From positions 62,001-126,000 of the forward strand of contig CP060756.1 of NCBI GenBank assembly GCA_023205875.1: a DNA stretch of 64,000 bases. Reading direction: 5' to 3'. Origin of the DNA: Chloropicon primus (taxonomy: Eukaryota). The notes beneath the pieces are model-generated. The model ran no database searches. It was not told where the DNA came from and saw only the letters and a list, made by a program, of their open reading frames with translations. A program made the position numbers and the translations under genes. Below, one piece after another: positions 61,116-64,000 of this stretch. How positions within the stretch are numbered: position 1 is the first letter of the stretch; every line of letters begins with the position of its first letter.

Positions 61116-63003
61116 TCATATGTCCCTTCTACTATATCTGCAAACGCCGTTCACAAAGGTGTGGAGGACAACTGGCTTCTCTTCCACCTCAAGGAGATCG
61201 CGGTCGAGGACAACGAAGTCGCACTTCTGGCCTTTCTGCAGCCGCCCCACCAAACCCTTTGCCCCAGCCGCTTCGGCCGCGTTGCTTGTGATCGCCCGGA
61301 ACCCTTGTTCGCGGCTTACGGCCTCCTCTGGCACGTGCCTGCGTCCACTTGTGGATTCCAAGAGGCTTCCAAGAGGGTCCAGCGGCGCTACCAAAGGCCA
61401 GTCGCTTCCAAAAGCAATCTTGACCCCCCGATCGAGCATCGATTTGAATGGAAAGCTGCGACCCTTCCCCGATCTCACACTTCCTAGCTTCTCCAACATC
61501 GTCCTCGCGTCGTCCTGGATGTGGAGAGGGTTGACAACGGCGTAGATCTCGGCATCTCGGATTCTGTCCAACGCTCCCGAGCCGCTGACGTGTTGTACGT
61601 GCTCCAAGCGATTCGGGTTTTTCGACCGACTGCCAGCTGCTGACAAGATCGCGCTCGCTTCATCAACGGCAAGGTCGCCGATCGCGTGCACAATCGCTTG
61701 CAACCCCCTCCCCGTCGCATTCGCCAGCCTCTCTTGCAGCACCGCGCGATCCTCATGAATCCTTAAGCCTCTGTTGGTCGTGCCCTCGTACGGCTCGTTC
61801 ATCAGGGCGGTTTCGCTACCCAGCGAGCCGTCATAGAACTCCTTCACGCAGCCCCAGCTTAGCATCCCCAGCGAATCTCCGTTCTTCTCGACAAACGAAG
61901 CGAGGGAGTCGTACAAGTCGAGTGGCACGCACGTCTGCACTCTAAGCGTTAGCTCGTCCTGAGCTGCAATTTCCATCCACACATCAACAAGATCCGACCA
62001 GCACTCGTCCGCTGACTGAGCAAACGCGGGTGTCCCCATGTCCGAGACCATCGTCACGCCCATGCTGTTTGCGTAGGCCATTGCTTTCATGATCGAATCC
62101 TTCCTTTCCCCCTTTGATGGTTTTGGTTGGAGGCTCCTCACCATCGCGATGGCCGTGTCCGTCAGAATTCCCGTCGGGCTGCCCCCAGCGTCTCTCTCGA
62201 TCTTGCCCCCAAGCGGGTCCGGCCTTGAGGTTATGTTGGCCATTGCGAGGAGGTAGAAGTTGACAAGGGCTCTGTGGCCGTCCGCTCGAAGGATCAGCAC
62301 CGGGTTGTCGGGCGTTGCTTGGCTAATCCAACCGGCGTTTGGCATCTCTCCCAGCTTTCTCTCGTCAAAACCATAGCCTATGAGCCACGCCCCGGGTTCG
62401 AGATTCGCTGCTCGGTCGCGCACCCTCTCGATAAAGTCAGCTCTGCTGGTGGCATCACGAAGGTCCAATTGGGAGAGGAAGCTTCCTCCCATGATGAGGT
62501 GGGCGTGCGCATCCACGAGCCCGGGAAACACGTACTTCCCTTCCAGATCCACTGCCTCGATAACGGATCCCTTTAGCCTCTCACGAACACCCGCCTCCTC
62601 CCCGACATCTAGAATATCTCCCAGTGCGTTCGAGACAATCGCTCCTTTCCGCACAACTGCCTTCCCCGTGTTCAACGTGAAGTTGAAGAAGAATCTCGCG
62701 GGGTGGTCTCTCGCTTCTGGTCCTCCTCCTCCACCTCCGCCCGATCTGTGCGACACAAACACGAGGACGAGGTACGAGACGCAAGCCACCAACCAAGTTG
62801 TCCACGTCACCCACTTCGATCCCGCCATCCTCCTCCACGCACTCTGGAGCAGCACCTTATATCTCGATGACCTCAAACGTGGTCCGTTTCCGCCAAGTTC
62901 GGGTTCATTGCAAAGATCGCGAGACGAAGTTTCTCTGATGATCACACCTCCCTCGCCAACGCCCTCCTCTGTCGCGCTCAAACCGCCCCCCGAACTCGCC
63001 CCT

Positions 63004-63034
<31 letters not shown>

Positions 63035-63059
63035 CTCCAGCGCCTCGAAGTGACTCCAT
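61116..63059 (-). CDS. Amidohydrolase 3 family (YtcJ/LAF3-like)
   Basis: PGLVDAHAH, DGSLGS, HAIGD, RLEH, FGSDWP; N-terminal TM. Confidence 0.92.
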
Positions 63060-63246
63060 GAGTGTACCGAACGAAGGCTCTCTTAACTCTTGTTATGGTG
63101 TTCAGACATCAGATCAAAAACAGCACACAGAAAAGTCACGAAAGGACGGTAAGATAATCACAGTCAATACTGGAAGCACAAAGGCAAGTTCTCCTTTCCA
63201 CTGAAAGAGAGAAACACGGAGAGAACGGAGACCGGCCCCTACTTAC

Positions 63247-63380
63247 CTGTTAGTTTTCTGCAAAGGTCGTTTCACCGAGTTTGTAAGTTTCTCGGCAGGG
63301 TAATTCGGCCCTACCACGACCATTCCACCGTACATGAACGAATACTTCCGCCCACGCACGGCAGCCCGTACTAACAAACG
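63247..63380 (-). ncRNA. Candidate Fanzor omegaRNA scaffold
   Basis: Directly after the nuclease stop: a 15-bp hairpin with five G-U pairs (63328-63361), a GGTCGT/ACGACC multiloop, and a closing TGTTAGT/ACTAACA stem. Confidence 0.7.
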
Positions 63381-63399
63381 TATGTGCAACCCTGAGGAG

Positions 63400-63999
63400 T
63401 TACACACTTTTTGGTTGACGCAAGTGCTTCAGGAGGACGTTGCGTGCCCCGTTCACATCCCGACCGCACTTGAAGCCACACTTCTGGCACTTGTACACCT
63501 CTGCTCCACCCAGGTTCTTCTTGATGTGTCCGCACCTGCCACAGGTCTTGGAGGTGTACTCCTCCGTCACGATCGCCAGCTCACTGCCGTGCAAGAGCAC
63601 CTTGGAAGCCAAGAACGTTCTGAACGCATAGTGCCTCAACGTCAAGAGCGTGCGAGCCGTCTTCTTCCTGATCACTCGGCGTCTCCCGTTGTTGTTCTTC
63701 TTCACCATGTCTTGGGACTTGAACTCCGGGAGGAGGATTGTGTCGAACCTCCTGCATAGATCGTTGGCTACCTTTTTGTGAAGCTCGTTCGTCAGACCTC
63801 GAAGTTTCTCCATGCAGGCGTATTGCTGTCTCTTCAAGTCGCGGCGGTCGAGGTAAGGGAGCTTCACCTTTGGGTCTTTGCGCTCGGAAATGATCTCATC
63901 AATCCTCCAGCAGAGGTTGAACAGCCTCGCGAAGCCTCGCTCGCCCTTGGCATACTCCCCGACGCCTTCTTGCGGCGAGTACGACGTCTGAAAGGTCCT
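63400..63999 (-). CDS. Fanzor2/TnpB-like RuvC RNA-guided endonuclease, 5'-truncated by the window edge
   Basis: Frame open to the edge: RTFQTSYS (post RuvC-I), LHKKVANDL, LLPEF, HYAFR, VTEEYTSKTCGRC, CQKC, RDVNGARN. Confidence 0.92.
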   Translation of the reverse strand, partial: RTFQTSYSPQEGVGEYAKGERGFARLFNLCWRIDEIISERKDPKVKLPYLDRRDLKRQQYACMEKLRGLTNELHKKVANDLCRRFDTILLPEFKSQDMVKKNNNGRRRVIRKKTARTLLTLRHYAFRTFLASKVLLHGSELAIVTEEYTSKTCGRCGHIKKNLGGAEVYKCQKCGFKCGRDVNGARNVLLKHLRQPKSV

Positions 64000-64000
64000 G

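Larger units (their letters stand above)
63247..64000 (-). mobile_element. Right part of a Fanzor2/IS607-like element (runs off the window)
   Basis: TnpB-like ORF plus structured 3' RNA; boundary inferred at ...CTAACAG|G. Confidence 0.65.

Noticed and set aside
63334..63759. Plus-strand 141-aa ORF
   Set aside because: Antisense to Fanzor and its RNA; no motifs

Overview
Gene-dense, GC-rich eukaryotic nuclear DNA with short GT-AG introns. It is most consistent with a compact green alga such as Chloropicon or a similar picoplanktonic chlorophyte; this is inferred from the plant-type KARI, CDPK, plastid pyruvate kinase, KdsB, ALY/LIN-9, flagellar genes and 'GHLxVLKW' ankyrin repeats. About 33 protein genes can be reconstructed, several by joining exons that the ORF track splits. 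Highlights: (1) the 3' half of a Fanzor2/IS607-TnpB-like RNA-guided nuclease at the right edge (minus strand), followed by a strongly structured candidate omegaRNA whose end reads CTAACAG|GTAAGT, i.e. a branch point plus 3' splice site abutting a 5' splice site; (2) a doubly frameshifted AP2-like plus tandem PD-(D/E)xK nuclease gene; (3) an NSF-like AAA+ ATPase whose N-domain is replaced by a signal peptide and a long beta-rich domain; (4) a chimeric ankyrin/bZIP pseudogene; (5) telomere-like repeats in divergent promoters. All family calls come from motif recognition by eye; no searches were run.
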